DNA from: Podarcis vaucheri
Lineage: Eukaryota
Strand: one strand, 5' to 3'
DNA length: 64,000 nt
NCBI GenBank assembly: GCA_965113315.1
Contig: OZ220370.1
Shown: positions 37,725 through 52,000 of the stretch, piece after piece
Numbering within the stretch: the stretch's first letter is position 1
Layout of the letters: each line of letters starts with the position of its first letter
Program-made: the position numbers and the translations under genes
Notes under the pieces: generated by a model
Told to the model about the DNA's origin: nothing
Database searches by the model: none
Seen by the model: the letters and a program-made list of their open reading frames with translations, nothing else

Positions 37725-39323
37725 TATTATATTCAGAAGCACATAAACACATCCCAACCCTACTTTTAAAGCAATACCGAGGGGGGTTATTTTGGATGTT
37801 TTTCTTCTCAAAATATCCCTCAGTCCCCCACCATAGAGGATTCAAAATGCAAATTTTGAACCTTCCATGGGGAGAAGCTGCTTGTGGCAATGTTTTACAG
37901 AAGGAGAATAGTTATTCCCTTTCCCTTCAGAAACTGCTTTTCTTTTTTCTTTTTCTAAAAAAGAGACATCAGGGGTCCATTAAAGACATCCTCATGTAAA
38001 TACAATTTGCCTCCCACCCTCCAGTATCAAGAAATATGTCACACCTCATTAGAAATACAAACATTGCTATGGATTAAGTATCTATTACTCTTTGGTGCCT
38101 GTGTTTACATTTCAGTGACTGTGGAGTGGACTTTCAATGAGCTATACATGTGTAAAGCCTTCAGCTTCACAATTATCCTTTGGTTCTCTATGGAGGTAAT
38201 CCACTTTCACAGACTGCTTCGTTCTTGAATTACCGGTACTTTAAGAACAAAAAACATTCAGGTCCAACCAAAATGTCACAAAATAGTGTTTCAAGTTATC
38301 AAGACCTCTGTACCAAGTGAGATGTTCTGTAAAGCAGGATGGGGTGGAGGGGGAGGGGAAAATAGGCTGGATCTCCAAACCTTGAGGTCTGCGTTTGGAC
38401 TTACTCTGATGAAGGAGATTGCGAACTAATTTAGGATGCTTCCGTATGGGGGCTTTATGTTGTTTATTATCCCCCTCCCCTGCCTCATGTGAACACAACT
38501 GTCCACACAATGCTTTTCATCTTAATTTTTCATAGGGCATTCTTCACTTTCCCATCTATGGCAGAGGGCAGTTCTCAACAGAATATAATATTTGTGCTGC
38601 ATTATTTTATCCTTCCCCTCAACCACTCTCCTCAATTACTCTGCTACCCTTTTCCACTCTAGGAAGTTGTTTTTGTACTTCTGTTTGTGAACCTTTAATT
38701 TCTTTTCCTCCCAAGTGTGCAAGAGCAAATAGGAGTGATCCCTAGTTATACTGATATTTAGCTGTACTGAAATTCTAATAAATTGGTCTTGGGCAAGACT
38801 TTTAAAGTACTGATTTATGTGGGCAATTACAGGTATTGCCCCCATGTGAACAGATCTTGAGTGAACAGTTTCTCTAAACTTGGTTGCTGAAATTACATTG
38901 TACCTTCAAGCATGCGGCAATTCCTAAATCAGTGCAATTCCTAAATATGGTGTCGGAAACCACCAAATTTCACCTTCACAAAAGGATCTGCAGATATAAT
39001 TCAGCCTCAAGTATTTTTAGCAGTGCTTTTTTCTGGGGTTACTTAAGGGTACACAGTACAGGCCCAGCCCCCTCAAATATTTTAGGGGGTGGGGAGAAGG
39101 GACTTTGACCCCTAGGATATGGCTCCATAAACCTTAGCAAAGATCTCATTTTAGCCATTTATGGATTATGGGTGCTGGACTGTTTCTTTTACCTTTCTTG
39201 AAATTAAGAACAACGTCTGGTATGCACCCAGAATAATTCACAGGAACCAGTTCACAGGAACCAGTCACTGAATGTTGTTTTTGAATAATTCAGTTTAGAT
39301 CCCATCTTCTCCTGGGGCTAGAT

Positions 39324-39664
39324 TAGGGGTCAGCAACGTGCGGCCCATGGGCCCACGAGCCGCCCATGAACTGAGCTGCCTGCTTGGCGAGCCCCCCGTG
39401 TGCTGCACTAAACCAGCGCAGCACAGTGCAGGGACTCACTGAGCGGCGCCGGAACTCACGTCTGCGCACGGGCAGATACCGAAAATCGCATCTGTGCAAT
39501 CTGCGCAGGCACGATTTTCAGCATCTGGCCATCCACAGAAGCAATTTCCGGTGCTGCAGACATGCACAGATACAATTTCCGGCATCACGCTGTGCCAGTC
39601 TGGCTGACAGACGATCTCCGTGGGAGTGATCCGGCCCATGGCCGGTAAACCTTGCCAACCCCTG
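39324..39664. mobile_element. non-autonomous hAT-Charlie element
   Basis: TIRs TAGGGGTCAGCAA / TTGCCAACCCCTG; perfect TSD GGCTAGAT. Confidence 0.88.
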
Positions 39665-42600
39665 GGCTAGATTATGAACAGTATTAAGCATAAACTGCAG
39701 AATTAAGATCAGTATTTCTTTACTATCCTAGCTATTTGGGGGATTGACAGTGACAATCTTCCCATGTATTTGTTAATATATGTTTTGACAAGATTCATGT
39801 TCACCGCACATCTACTATTAATTAATCTCCAACATGTTATAGGGCAAATATCCAAACAAGTAATATTCTTATTACATTTTTTATTCAGAGTAGTCCCATC
39901 AAAATCAATGGAGTTCACCAATAAAATCTCTTATCTTAGCATTTTCTGTTGAAGACCAAACAGATTTCTGATTAGAGTATTTTTTCCTACCATTAGCATT
40001 TTATACTTATTTTTCATTAAGGCTTCAATAACTTTCCACAAACCACAGTTTCTAATTGCCTTTCAGCTTGCTTAATTGCTCTGTGGCAATGTTACATTCC
40101 ATGTCAAACCATATTGCACTTTCCCCAAGAGCTTTAAAGGATCTAAAAATAGCCATCAAGAGTGGTTTAACAAGATTAATAATTTGGAAGAATGCACAAC
40201 TTCTGTTGGAATTGCTATTAGCTGCTTTAAAAAAAGAAAAGAAAAGAAAGCTCACTAATGAGCTCATTTTGATTATTGAAGTTTATCTGCACTAGCGCAA
40301 CAACCTTTAATTCCTAGCAGTTTTGTGGCTACCAATCATGCTATACAATCAATCTGGAGTTAGATAATGGAACCATAAAACTAGCCTTAATGGACTTAGT
40401 GGTCACAACTACCAAATGAAATCACCTCTTTAAAACAAACAAATGAAAAACAATTAAGTGGAAGAAATGCATATGTAATCTACTACACTTACTTGAACAG
40501 AAATAAAAGTCACATTACCCTTATAAGCAAACAGAAATTACCTTATAAAATCTGAGAAGATGCAGATAGCAAATATTACAAAATGCAAGCCTGAAGACTT
40601 ATCTGAACCAAGCAATTTTTTAAAAGAGCCTTGACTTTTTCATATTAAACACCCATGGATAGGCACAAAAGGAACTGGATTCGAATCAGAATATGAATTA
40701 TTCATATAATTTGCTTTCATGTTTCCACCATGTTCCCAAGTTTGCCTATTCCCTCCAGGTGGCAGGTGGAGGGCTTGAGTAGGAGAGAGCACCCTTACAT
40801 GTTTCTATTTTTTATTAAGAATATTGTGTATGCAGCTTGCAAGCTTCAGCTCAGCAGGAGCCAGGTGTAAATTATTGCATAGACACTCAAGCAGGGCCTG
40901 CCTTTCTCTATTCCCTTCATCTATCTACCAATTAACCTCCATCACTGCAAATTATTGTATAGACTTTCAACATAATCTGCCCTCTTCTCCTCTCCCTATT
41001 AACCTCTGTCTCCAAGACTGAGTGGTGGGAGGGAACGCAGAGTAAGTAAAAGAACTGGGCTGGGCTCAAAAGGAGGAGGATGGGACTATAATGTGGTTGC
41101 CATTCATCCAGCATCTGGGGGGGGGGATTTAGGAAAGTTGGCAAAATGATCTGGAATTTGAGGCCGATTGCCTAAAAAAAAAGCTCAACAATTTCTGTGT
41201 CCTGAATTTTACTTCTAGAAATATGGCAACCCAAGGAGTGTGCATGCACCCCTGGCACAAGGTGTAGGGCTGCAGAAACAAGCAGAACATGTGAAGGAGG
41301 AGCCAAGTCCTGCTGTCTTCATGGCCTGCAGCAAGTCCTGGATGGCCTTTTGATCTTCTTGAGGAGATGAGGATGAAAATGGACTGAAGGAGACTGGAGT
41401 GCTGAGAGACAGGAATGGAGACTGGAGAGTCTAAAGGAGGTGTTTTATTATTTTCATTTGAAGTGGAGTGGGGAAGTGGGTGGAGTGTGGCAGGGCTGCT
41501 TCTGAGACAGAAGAAAATAAATGCTGGATTGAGACATTCCCAATCCCAGGTCTGAGAAGTTTCTGACCTAGCAACCAATAGAGTCAACATTGTGAACCTT
41601 TTTTTTGGGGGGGACCTGGAATTTAAATAAATATACCTCAAAGCTTTTCAGTATTTAAAGTTGTAGCCATCAATATACTTTCTTTAACAGACTATAGAAA
41701 TTTAAGATGCACACTAATAAAATAGTACTACAGAGAAATGATGAAAAATGATTTTATTGATGGAATTGGAAGAAGTCTGGAGAAACAGTTGTGTGTTTTG
41801 AAATTATTATGAATTATAACAGCAGCTGTTTCTCCTGGCAGTCATGATGTAATTGATGTTAAGATTTTTAGCCTCTCTCATCTTGAGAATTTCTGGATGG
41901 CTGATGAATAACAACGTTTAAAACAAACAACCAAGAGCCCCAATGGGATAAAATAAAGGTCATTCAAAAAGTAAAATTACCATATTGGTTTTAACAAGAG
42001 CAGCTAAAAACTGATCTAAATGGGAACATTTTACATAAAGCTTTAGAAAAACGTTCAAGTTTGGAAGTCTGTACATCTGCAAGAGGGCCTCCCAGTTGTG
42101 AAGCAGCCAACATATGTTTTAATAATTTAAAAATAGTTTTGCAAGCCTAAATCCATCACCCTGTCAAATAAATTCTTCCCCTATAGTGCAATTTATTCAG
42201 TGCCCCTGAAATCTTCCTGCTTAATATATGTTGGGTATATAGATACAGCACAAAGACAGAAAACAAACTTGTAGTTCCAAGATATATTTTTATTAATTAA
42301 TTCTCATGGTTGGGTATCTCCTGAAGGGTTAGCAGAATGTCAGTGCATACCCTATACTACAACCTTCTCACCACATTTAATTGCATAGCTCCCACAGATA
42401 AAGCACATAAGGCACAAACTGATTGTTTTCATTCTTGCTCAAAGATCACAAGAGTTCACAACAGCAAAACCTCCCGGTTAAATGTAGAGCACAGCTGAGA
42501 ATTTCAGGATAAACACACAAATCTGTTTTCTAAACCAGCTATATTAAAACCACAAATTGTTGGCAAATGGCTACATTTTTAAGGTTTAGTTATTTTGAAA

Positions 42601-43923
42601 CAATCCAGTCTGCTATTTCTAAGGAGTAAAAGAACCCCATTCTGCACAGCCTGTTTGAATGTATCCCCGTGTATTTAGTTTCCTTTGTAGATCAAAGGAT
42701 GTCACTCATAGCTGCCCTGGTCTCTGGTTCATTTTCTCCACTTCCACCACCCTTCCATGGAGTTGAGACCAAGGCTGGGAGGATAGATGAAATCGGAGGA
42801 AGCAAGAAGACATTAGACACACAAAGGGGTGCATGCATGAAGGCTGCCTAGGTGGAATTTTGAGATGTTGATGAGGTTGGCAGAAGCTCTGCTCTGTTCT
42901 CTGATTCCTTCCCCACATTTTATATAAGGAACAACAGCTGCCTCTCCAAAAAAATGTACTTATTCATAAAAAGGAATAAAAAACAGGTAACTCAAATGGG
43001 GGTACTAAATGTAAAATAGTAAATACCGAATTTTATACTGTTCTGTTTCATTTGGAACAATTTACTTGTTTGATACTTGTAATGGGTTTATCTTTTTTAC
43101 AATTGTATATTGTTGTAACCCATCCTGAGACCTTATGGTGGAAGGGCAGGCAAGAAATCTTATAAATAAAATTGTTTCTGTATCTATCGTATCATCTGTC
43201 AACCTATATATCTCTATCTAAACAATGACTTTATAATGTTGTGGACATGGGTGTTGAGAGTGGACGTTGAATCTACAAAATTAGAGAAAAAATAGAGAAA
43301 AAGCAAGCTTATCTTACTGGACTACTTGTTTAAAACATTTATATCTGCTTTATCTTACACTCATAGCAGCTCACAACTATATTGAAAACCGCAACAAGGC
43401 TAACGCTTACTTCGATAACAAAAAACAACAAAATCCCAAAGCAGCAGCATCAATAGAACTTTATCCAAGAAGGCATTTGGGAACTGATGGAATTAAGTCT
43501 TTCAGGCAGTGCTCAAGGACACCCGCAAAAGTGAACATCCTTCATAAAGCCATTTAAAAATTCTGGGCTGATTACCAGAGAGGCCATGATCGTTTCTGAG
43601 GCTGTCTTGACCTCCCTGACTGATGTAACTTGGAGCAGGTCATCTGAAGCATATCTTAATTGGGGAGATGAGAGCCAGTCTCATGGAAAGGTGGCCCTCA
43701 GGCCTTGACAGACTTTTTGTTGTTGCGGCTGAATGAGAAAACGTCGTCCATCTAGCTTAGCTGTTACTCTTCACCAGATGTCTCAAGTAGGTTTTTAGAT
43801 CAGGCCACAATACATTAACGTGGTTTTCAAAACCCTCCACCTTTCAGGGAATGTTTTCTACATCAGCATCTTTGCTTTTAGACCACACAATCTCTCCTCA
43901 TGTATTGTGCACAGACACAACTT

Positions 43924-44062
43924 CAGGGATGTAGAACTTATGGCCCTCCAGATGTTGTTGGGCTACAACCCCCATCATCCCTGACCATTATTCACATTGG
44001 ATGGAGCTGGTGAGAAGTGGGAGTCCAGCAAAATCTGGAGGGCCACAAGTTTTCTGTCCCTG
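43924..44062. mobile_element. palindromic hAT MITE (Chap4-like), older
   Basis: CAGGGA...TCCCTG termini; ggccctccagat / atctggagggcc inverted core. Confidence 0.75.
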
Positions 44063-44169
44063 CATTCAATCATCAGGCACCTACAATTTCAATTTTTAGC
44101 ATGCCAAGGGGAAATATTCATGTTCTCCCTCACTTACACAGCACTTTTGAGGTAAGAAATAGTGAAAAT

Positions 44170-44345
44170 ATTGTCACCATTATCTGTCTCAGTTCCCCAG
44201 ACTCCTTTTCTGCCAAAGTTAGTTCAGGCACTAGGATCTGCCTTATATCATCTGCTGTGAAGACAGATGCAAGGAATTTCTCCAGCTTCTCTGTAATCTC
44301 TTTTTCCTCCTTTAGCACACCTTTGGGTCCCTTGTCATCCAACCA
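44170..44345 (-). mobile_element. CR1 ORF2 fragment
   Basis: Translation KGVLKEEKEITEKLEKFLASVFT parallels AELLNAFFASVFS of the CR1 at ~21770. Confidence 0.7.
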
Positions 44346-46265
44346 CTTCCCTGGACTATTGCCACCAGCCAGAGTCCACTGCGCATTAGAAGACATGGGA
44401 CAGGAGAGTGGCTAGTATGCTAAGCTGATATTTGCAGATCTCTAAATAACACACATTTGAGGCTGAGCATTATAAAGCAAGGGACCTTTCCTGCCATTAC
44501 TGATTTTCTTATTTAAGAAGAAACCCTGGATAAGCTTAGGAGAAACTGAATCCAGTCTATTTGGTGGTAGCCAACAACGTTTTACTCACAATAGACCCAC
44601 TGAAATTAATGGATCTAATGTAATCATGTTCATTAATTTCAGTGGGTCTGCTCTCAATAAAACTTTGTAGAATACCACCCAGTGACTCAGATTCAACTAA
44701 CCTGGTGTTTGCAGAAGCCATCTCAAGGGATCCTATTAGCACAACAGGGTTTTCTCCCGTCTCCCCCCCACATACCTCCCCCAAACCTGCTCTGGAGAGT
44801 CAGGAAAAACCTTGAAACTGTACACAGGGGGGAGCAAAGAGAGTGGGACTGTTCCATTTAGCAAGGGGAATGCTTCAGCTAATGGAACAGTCAGAAGAAT
44901 ATGCCACTGAAATCTTCCCGCTGTTTCAAAAAATGGGAATTGCAGTCTTGGCGTTCACTAATGGGCACTGAAAGACTCTTTGACATAATGGTACATACTA
45001 ACCAGAGATAGTCAATACCAGAAGTATCTAATAGCTTTATGCTGAATATAATCAACATCCTTGCTACCTTCCTTTCTTATTCTGTAATGGTGTTAGGAAT
45101 AAGAATGTGTCTTAAAAGATAAAAATAAGAATTTACAAAGTACACAACAATTACTTGCTCACACCACTTCCACACTGAGAAAATATTGGGAAAATACGCA
45201 ACCAAGCTTCAGAAATGAAGCTGTCAGTAAGATGCTGCATATGCAGAAAATCATTACCATCTTACACAATTGGATTTCAAACAGTGAAATGTTATTCTTT
45301 AGAATTATAAACAATTATGACCGCAGGAGTGTTTCAAGTTAATTTCTAATCTAATCTTGTTTTAGCACCACTGTCAAGGTACAGTTGCGGGCACAGAGAT
45401 TATTATATAACAGGAATGGAATTCCAGTTGCTAGTGACAACGGAAGAGAGTTAATAATGATTTTTTAAAAAACAACCCAGCAGCTACAATGTACAAAAAT
45501 ATAGACAGCATCTGCAACAATCAATCATTAACATATCTAGAAATCAGAGGTCGTTTTCTGCAAAGTGTAGCAAATTAGGAATACTGATGCAATACACTTG
45601 GATAATTTTGAAGTGCTTTTTCTTTATTTCTATGGCAATTTTCTAGGCTCACACTTCATTTTCATTGAACTTCCATTAAGCATTTTCATCTTTGTGTGAT
45701 TTATGTGCATTTTCTTTGGTAAATAAGGAAGAGTTGCATTGAATCACAAGTGCTTTAAAACCAGGAGACCACCCCTCAACAGCATTTCATTATTTGATCA
45801 AAAATCCTATTGTGCCAGCTGCCACAAGGCTAACTAATTCTCCAGGTCCTACTAGAATTCATACTAACAGTAGTCCACAGAGACACAGAAATGGGGCATG
45901 AAAAATAGAACAATTAAATAAAATGCCTTTAAGAAATGGATATATCATCACATTAAGGGTGATGTATAGGATTAAGGTGGAAATTTAATTAGCTTATATA
46001 CTTCCAGTTATATCTGGAGGAACAGAAGGGGGTATGCTTTTATTGCCTTCTCTTTATTTTGCATGGGTTTGTGTTGTATTTTCAGAGATTTCTTTTCCTG
46101 ATGCCAGGGTCAGCTGGAAAAGAATCACTCCAGCACCCGCCTGCAATCAAAAGGTAAACTGAGCAAGCTCTCTTTTTTAAGTAGTGAAATCTACAGGAAG
46201 TCCCCTTGGAATGGAGTTCAGTGGGACTGTAAATATACTGAATTCCAAGGTAGCCAAAGCTTGTA

Positions 46266-46515
46266 CAGTCATAGCTTGGTTTTCGAACAGCTTAGTTCTC
46301 AAATGTTTTGGCTCCCGAATGCTGCAAACCCAGAAGTAAGCGTTCCGGTTTGCGAACTATTTTTGGAAGCCAAACATCCGATGGGGCTTCCATGGCTTCT
46401 GATTGGCTGTAGGAGCTTCATGCTGCCAATCAGAAGCCACGCTTTGGTTTCCTAATGTTTTGGAAGTCAAACAGACTTCCGGAACAGATTCCATTTGACT
46501 TCCAAGGTATGACTA
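46266..46515. mobile_element. pogo/Tigger-like MITE, family C
   Basis: TIRs CAGTCATAGCTTGG / CCAAGGTATGACTA, TA flanks. Confidence 0.85.
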
Positions 46516-46681
46516 TATTTGCATTTTCAAAAGAAGAAAAGAAAGTACATGTGTGGACATTTCCACTGCACTGCAAAGAAGAGTTTATAGTAATAAGATG
46601 AACAATGTAATTAAAATGAAGTCATAACTGTAACTGTTACTGTAACATACTACCCAAACATGCTGAAGTGGAAAATAACTA

Positions 46682-47053
46682 GTAAAGGTAAAGGGACCCC
46701 TGACAGTTAAGTTCAGTCGCAAACGACTCTGGGGTTACGGCACTCATCTTGCTTTACAGGCCAAGGGAGCCGGCGTTTGTTTGCAGACAGTTTTTCTGGG
46801 TCATGTGGCCAGCATGACTAAGCTGCTTCTGGTGAAGCCAAAGCAGTGCACGGAAGCGCCATTTATCTTTCCACTGGAGCAGTACCTACTTATCTACTTG
46901 CACTTCGTCGTGCTTTCAAACTGCTAGGTTGGCAGGAGCTGGGACCGAACAACGGGAGCTCACCCTGTTGCGGGGCCTTGAAACTGCCAACCTTCCGACT
47001 GGCAAGTCCAAGAGGCACAGTGGTTTAAACCACAGCGCCACCCACGTCCTGCT
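46682..47053 (-). mobile_element. Sauria SINE
   Basis: Reverse complement of 15741-16081; 13-bp TSD TGGAAAATAACTA. Confidence 0.92.
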
Positions 47054-47724
47054 TGGAAAATAACTACATTACAACAAATAAACAATTGATTGTTCTACTA
47101 CAGGTAGTATCCACATATGTAGTCATTTATCTTTCAGATATTGTTGGCACATCAGGAGTTCTTTGCCATAATCAAAGACTTATAAATGCATGTAGTGACA
47201 GCATTGGAATAGCACTTTCCATAGGCTGCTCTCCGAACAATCAAATGTAAAGCTGTGCAGATAAATTCCATTAGACAGAAATAAGGAAGACGGTTTCAGC
47301 ATAGCTAACAGTGGTGGAAAGTAATCATGCCCATATGGTTTTAAATAAGGGGTGAAACTGTGCTGTTACCATTGCATTGACACTGGACAAACATAAATAA
47401 GTAAATTCTTGAAGAGTTACTATGCTTCAGTTTACATTTTTTAAATAATATTTTTTAACAAATGTAAACAAGAGTAATACAGTTTAGATAGTGTTTAAAA
47501 TATCCAGGGTGATGGATAGGCTATGATTTAAAGATTTAAAGCCCCTCTGATTATATCAATTAATAATATTTACAAACAAGGTATCACACACCATTCTGCT
47601 TTTTGAACCAAACAGGCAGCTTACAGCATTGGCTTGGATCCTGACTTAGTCATGCTTAGTCTGTTCTAAACATGACTATGTCTGGATCCAATCCACTGCA
47701 GTTGCTGCCATTGTTAACTCACCT

Positions 47725-47995
47725 CTCTCCATATGAACTGCTCCAAGCTCTGCAAACATCATCTGATACCCTTCTTTCTTTTCCCCTGTCCACAAGAGCT
47801 CCAGAGGGTTGCAACATGAGGCCTTTTCTGTTGTGGCTCCCCATTTGTGGAACGCTTTCCCCAGGGAGGCGCACCTAATGCATTCATTATGTATCCTTAG
47901 TTGCAGGGGGGTTGTTCTTTTGTTTGTTGTTATGGTATGTATTTTTGTGTTTTTATATTGTAAATTGCCTTGTGATCCTCAGATCCAGGTGTTCT
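47725..47995 (+). mobile_element. L2 3' fragment
   Basis: gaggccttttctgttgtggctccccatttgtggaac matches the L2 3' motif seen at ~4660-4700. Confidence 0.6.
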
Positions 47996-48810
47996 AAGAG
48001 CAAATTTAGTATGGGTAGGGGGCTAGGATGTACAAATAGATCAACACGGATTGCCTTACTCCCCTTGTGGAATGTTTGATCCAGCATTGTAAAGCCACAA
48101 CTACCCTCAAAAATATGAAAATATTCTGCACCAATCTTTTAGAATATTGATTCTATTTTCTACTGGTTACCACTTACTTAAGGAGATGTGGCATCTTCAA
48201 GTCTGAAGTCTAATATTGTTATCGAAATGCTGGATAATTTGAAGAGCTGGGGCTCCCTGCTCATTCAAATGAATAATGTGATGCTAATGTCATCACCCAT
48301 GCATTCTGTCAGGAGTAACTATGCAACAAGCACGATGCGCTAAAATCCTACTGCATAACACAAGTTTCCACTCATTTTATGCATGCACACATGAAACATT
48401 TACATCCACAAGATATCTTAATGATCCTCTTCTCCTCCTCTTCTCTGTATTGTCCAAAGGAAGAGATCTATTTAATGAAATGCATGAAGGCATCTTTCTG
48501 TGTTTAATTTCAAATCCCAGGGCACTGTTATCTCGGTAGTTCATTTTCATGAACTAATTATTCTTTAATAACTCTTCAAGCATGTCTTTACAATAAATTA
48601 AGCTTGAAATAGAAAAGACTAATATAGATAAAGTCGTTATCAGCCATGCTAGAATATGAGTTTTGTTTCTTCTTCTCTGTATCCTGCCCTGAAGCCTAAC
48701 ATATTCCCATGTATATACAAAGCCATATATAAAACAAATAAAATGTGCCATTTGATGCATGCCACGTGGAGGAAGTAAACTTTCGGATTGTCCTGTGACC
48801 ATTCAATGTA

Positions 48811-49044
48811 CAGTCGTACCTTGGTTGTTGAACGCCTTGGTACTCGGACGTTTTGGCTCCCGAATGCCACAAACCCAGAAGTGAGTGTTCCAGTTTGCAA
48901 ATGTTTTTTGGAAGCCAAACATCCAAAGCAGCTTCCGATTGAGTGCAGGAAGCTCCTGAAAACAATTGGAAGCTGTGCCTTGTTTTTCGAACCATGGTGG
49001 AAGTCGAACGGAATGGATTAAGTTCGACAACCAAGGTACCACTG
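48811..49044. mobile_element. pogo/Tigger-like MITE, family C
   Basis: TIRs CAGTCGTACCTTGGTTGT / ACAACCAAGGTACCACTG, TA flanks. Confidence 0.9.
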
Positions 49045-52000
49045 TAGTTTGCATACTGTGTTTTATAAGAGTTTTGAGGAAGGAGGGACATGATTGATGC
49101 CACCCCAGTTCCAGCGATCATGCGTTCAGGGAGATGTAGCCATGGGAAGCTAATAAGTTAAAATGAAAGATGAGAACAATGCTATTTACATCTTGTTCCT
49201 AACTCCCACCTCTAGCATTCCTGTTTGAAAGTAGAGAAGAGATACAGGGTCAAATGGTAATTTCCCACCCCCAGGGCAAAAAGATACGCCCTATCTTTGC
49301 ACCCATGTGCGAGAAAGCATATTGGGAAGCAGGCGAAAAGGCAGGAGGGTCTAAGTAGCACCTCCTACCATACTGTGGGGAGGGGGGATGTGGAATGGTT
49401 CCCAGTTGCAAAAATCAAGTCCTATACATTATCCTCTCAGCTTACCCAGGCTCAGTTCAGTAATTAGTAATATAATAAGATAAACATAACTAATGTGTGT
49501 CTGGGGTAGAGACAACACAGGTAAACTATGATGTGTGGGTCTGCTGCCAAACAATCTGATTTATTCATAGGATAGAGGCAGCCCCTTCTTTTGCAATTGC
49601 AAATGTACCTATCAGTGGGAGCAGTAGAGATGTCAGCGCAAGATGTGTTCTTGTTACCAAGTACTATAGAGGAAATAAGGCTGTCACTATCTTGCTGCAG
49701 TCAAGAAAGCAGTATTCAAATTTCTAAGTGGGGATAGAGCAGAGAAAATTACTGTAATCAGGAAGAGAGGAGATAATGGTTAGAATATAAGTTTTAAGTA
49801 GGCAAATGTCTGAACTAAACTTGGATTAAGGCAATTTTTCAAGTGCTAATGGAAAGAGATTTCCACATTCTCCACATGAAAGATTCTATTTGTAAGGAAA
49901 AATTGCTGCTGAAAGAACTGCATTTGTATACTTTATAGCAGTCACAGGGTGATCAGTGAGAATACGTTTGAGGAAGGATGCAGAAATCATCAGTTTCCAT
50001 CAATTAGTAGAGCACATAGTATTAAACGAATAAATGAGTGCCGCAGATAAGTACAGCTTAGCAGTTCAGAAAATACACGTGTTAATAAGAATTATACTTA
50101 ATTCTCAGCAAGCAAATACACTTAGTGCTGTAACTGGCTATAAATTAAATGATCTCTAAATAAATTCCTTTTGCTATTACTAATTTTTTATTTTACCACA
50201 GATTTTCTACCAAACTGCTGCTTCCACCGCATAACACATGACAAGCTGAAAGTACATTTTGTGAGCGGAAACATGTCTCGTTGACTGAAAAATTAAGGTC
50301 CTGATTTTTATCAAGGGCTTAGCTATACAGATCAACCAGCATCAGTGGAGACTGTGAAGGTATGTCTGGAGCAACATATCTGGACACTGCTAACTCCCAT
50401 AACATTGAAAGGAGACCTCAGACATGTACTAATCAGAGCACAGATACTAGTACATCTAATTGCACATGGATAGGTAACAATCGTGCAAGCCTATATGTGG
50501 GTATGTTTACAAACAGGCACCATGATAGCACTCTGAAGAAACTACTCAAGATGGTTAACAATATATTCTGCATACGTTGATGGATCCTGCAGAATGACCA
50601 AGTCCTCAAAAACACTTCTGCTTATATGGTGTACAGTCAGTAGACACTGTGCTAATAGTGTGGATATATGCACAGACATTAGCGTGAAATGCAATATTCT
50701 TACGGTCAAGGGAAGTACACAGCATGCATACTGAAAATGTGTTTAGGCTGACTGAACGACGACGGAGAAAATTTAAAAATTTGATTTGCAGAAAAACAAT
50801 TTCCCCCCTGAAGGGGGTCATGATCACGATTATCCTATTAGAAATAAAAGAGAAGCTGTCTCAGAAACTGAGAGGAGGATGGAAAACTCTTGCTTCACCT
50901 GAATACCAATAAGAAAAACGAGCTAAAAATGTTACAATTCAAGCTTTAATAATAGCTGGTTCTTTCTCCAAATGAATGAATGATTGCAGAAAGGAGTGTA
51001 TGTTTAGAGTGAAGCAGGTAGGGAGGTTTGACTGCACAGATTTCTTGGGGTTCTGGAATAAACCTTCTACAATGTTATCTGGATTACAGATTTACACCTC
51101 TGCAAAAGCCTCTCAGGCACCTTTTCTGTCTTATGAATAAATAATATGGTGCCCTGGAAAGCATTGATCTAATGGGGGAAATCAATGTGTGTCTGGCATG
51201 TGATAGACTTTCATTCAGCTGAAGTCTGTCTAAAATTTATAGACTAATTTTAATGACAAAACAAGGGAAAAAACCCAACACTTTAAAAGGGATGCTTTAA
51301 AAGCCTGCTGCTGGGGCTGCACTATCTGCAAGAATAATTATTATTTTCAAAGTGAATAGGTACACTGATTGCAGAGTAGTCTGTGAATAACTGGTGGATA
51401 GATTTCTAATACTTAGCACAAAGTAAGTGATAGTAAATGGATAGTAAATTCTCTTGACTCCTGGATTTGTTTCAGTGAACATCAATGTAATAAGCTGATT
51501 GTCACTGCATATGGCTCGGTTGAAAACTAAATCTGCAAGCTAATGCTAAAACGGTGTAATTTTTCAGTGAAAGGTCTGTCTCTTCAATAAGGTGAAACAA
51601 GCCTACCTGAGATGGCAGAATGTGAAGGGTATCAGATTCATACTTTTAAAATATAGATATATATATATTTAAACTTACATGTACTTCAGCGTTTCTAAAA
51701 TTCTTCACCAGCAGCAAATACTGCCTCTTTCAAGATGGCTCTCTGGATGCCACTATATTATGCTTGCAAGCATCATCTTAGGAAATGAATTACCCAGTTA
51801 TCTTTCTCACTTCCTTCCACATGCTGCATATACAGGTGTTGCGTTAATGATGCAGCACCTGGCACAGCCTTCCAGATGCGTCTCTTGTTGCCAGTCTCGA
51901 CGGCTATTCTAACAGCACAAGCAGAGAGGGATAAAGAGATGGGCTTTAACTAGGCACCACCACATGTGTGCAACTAAAGCTGGAGCAAGTTTGTAAATGA

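Noticed and set aside
41129-41641. 170-aa minus ORF
   Set aside because: Low-complexity Ser/Pro/Leu composition, no recognisable domain or convincing splice sites
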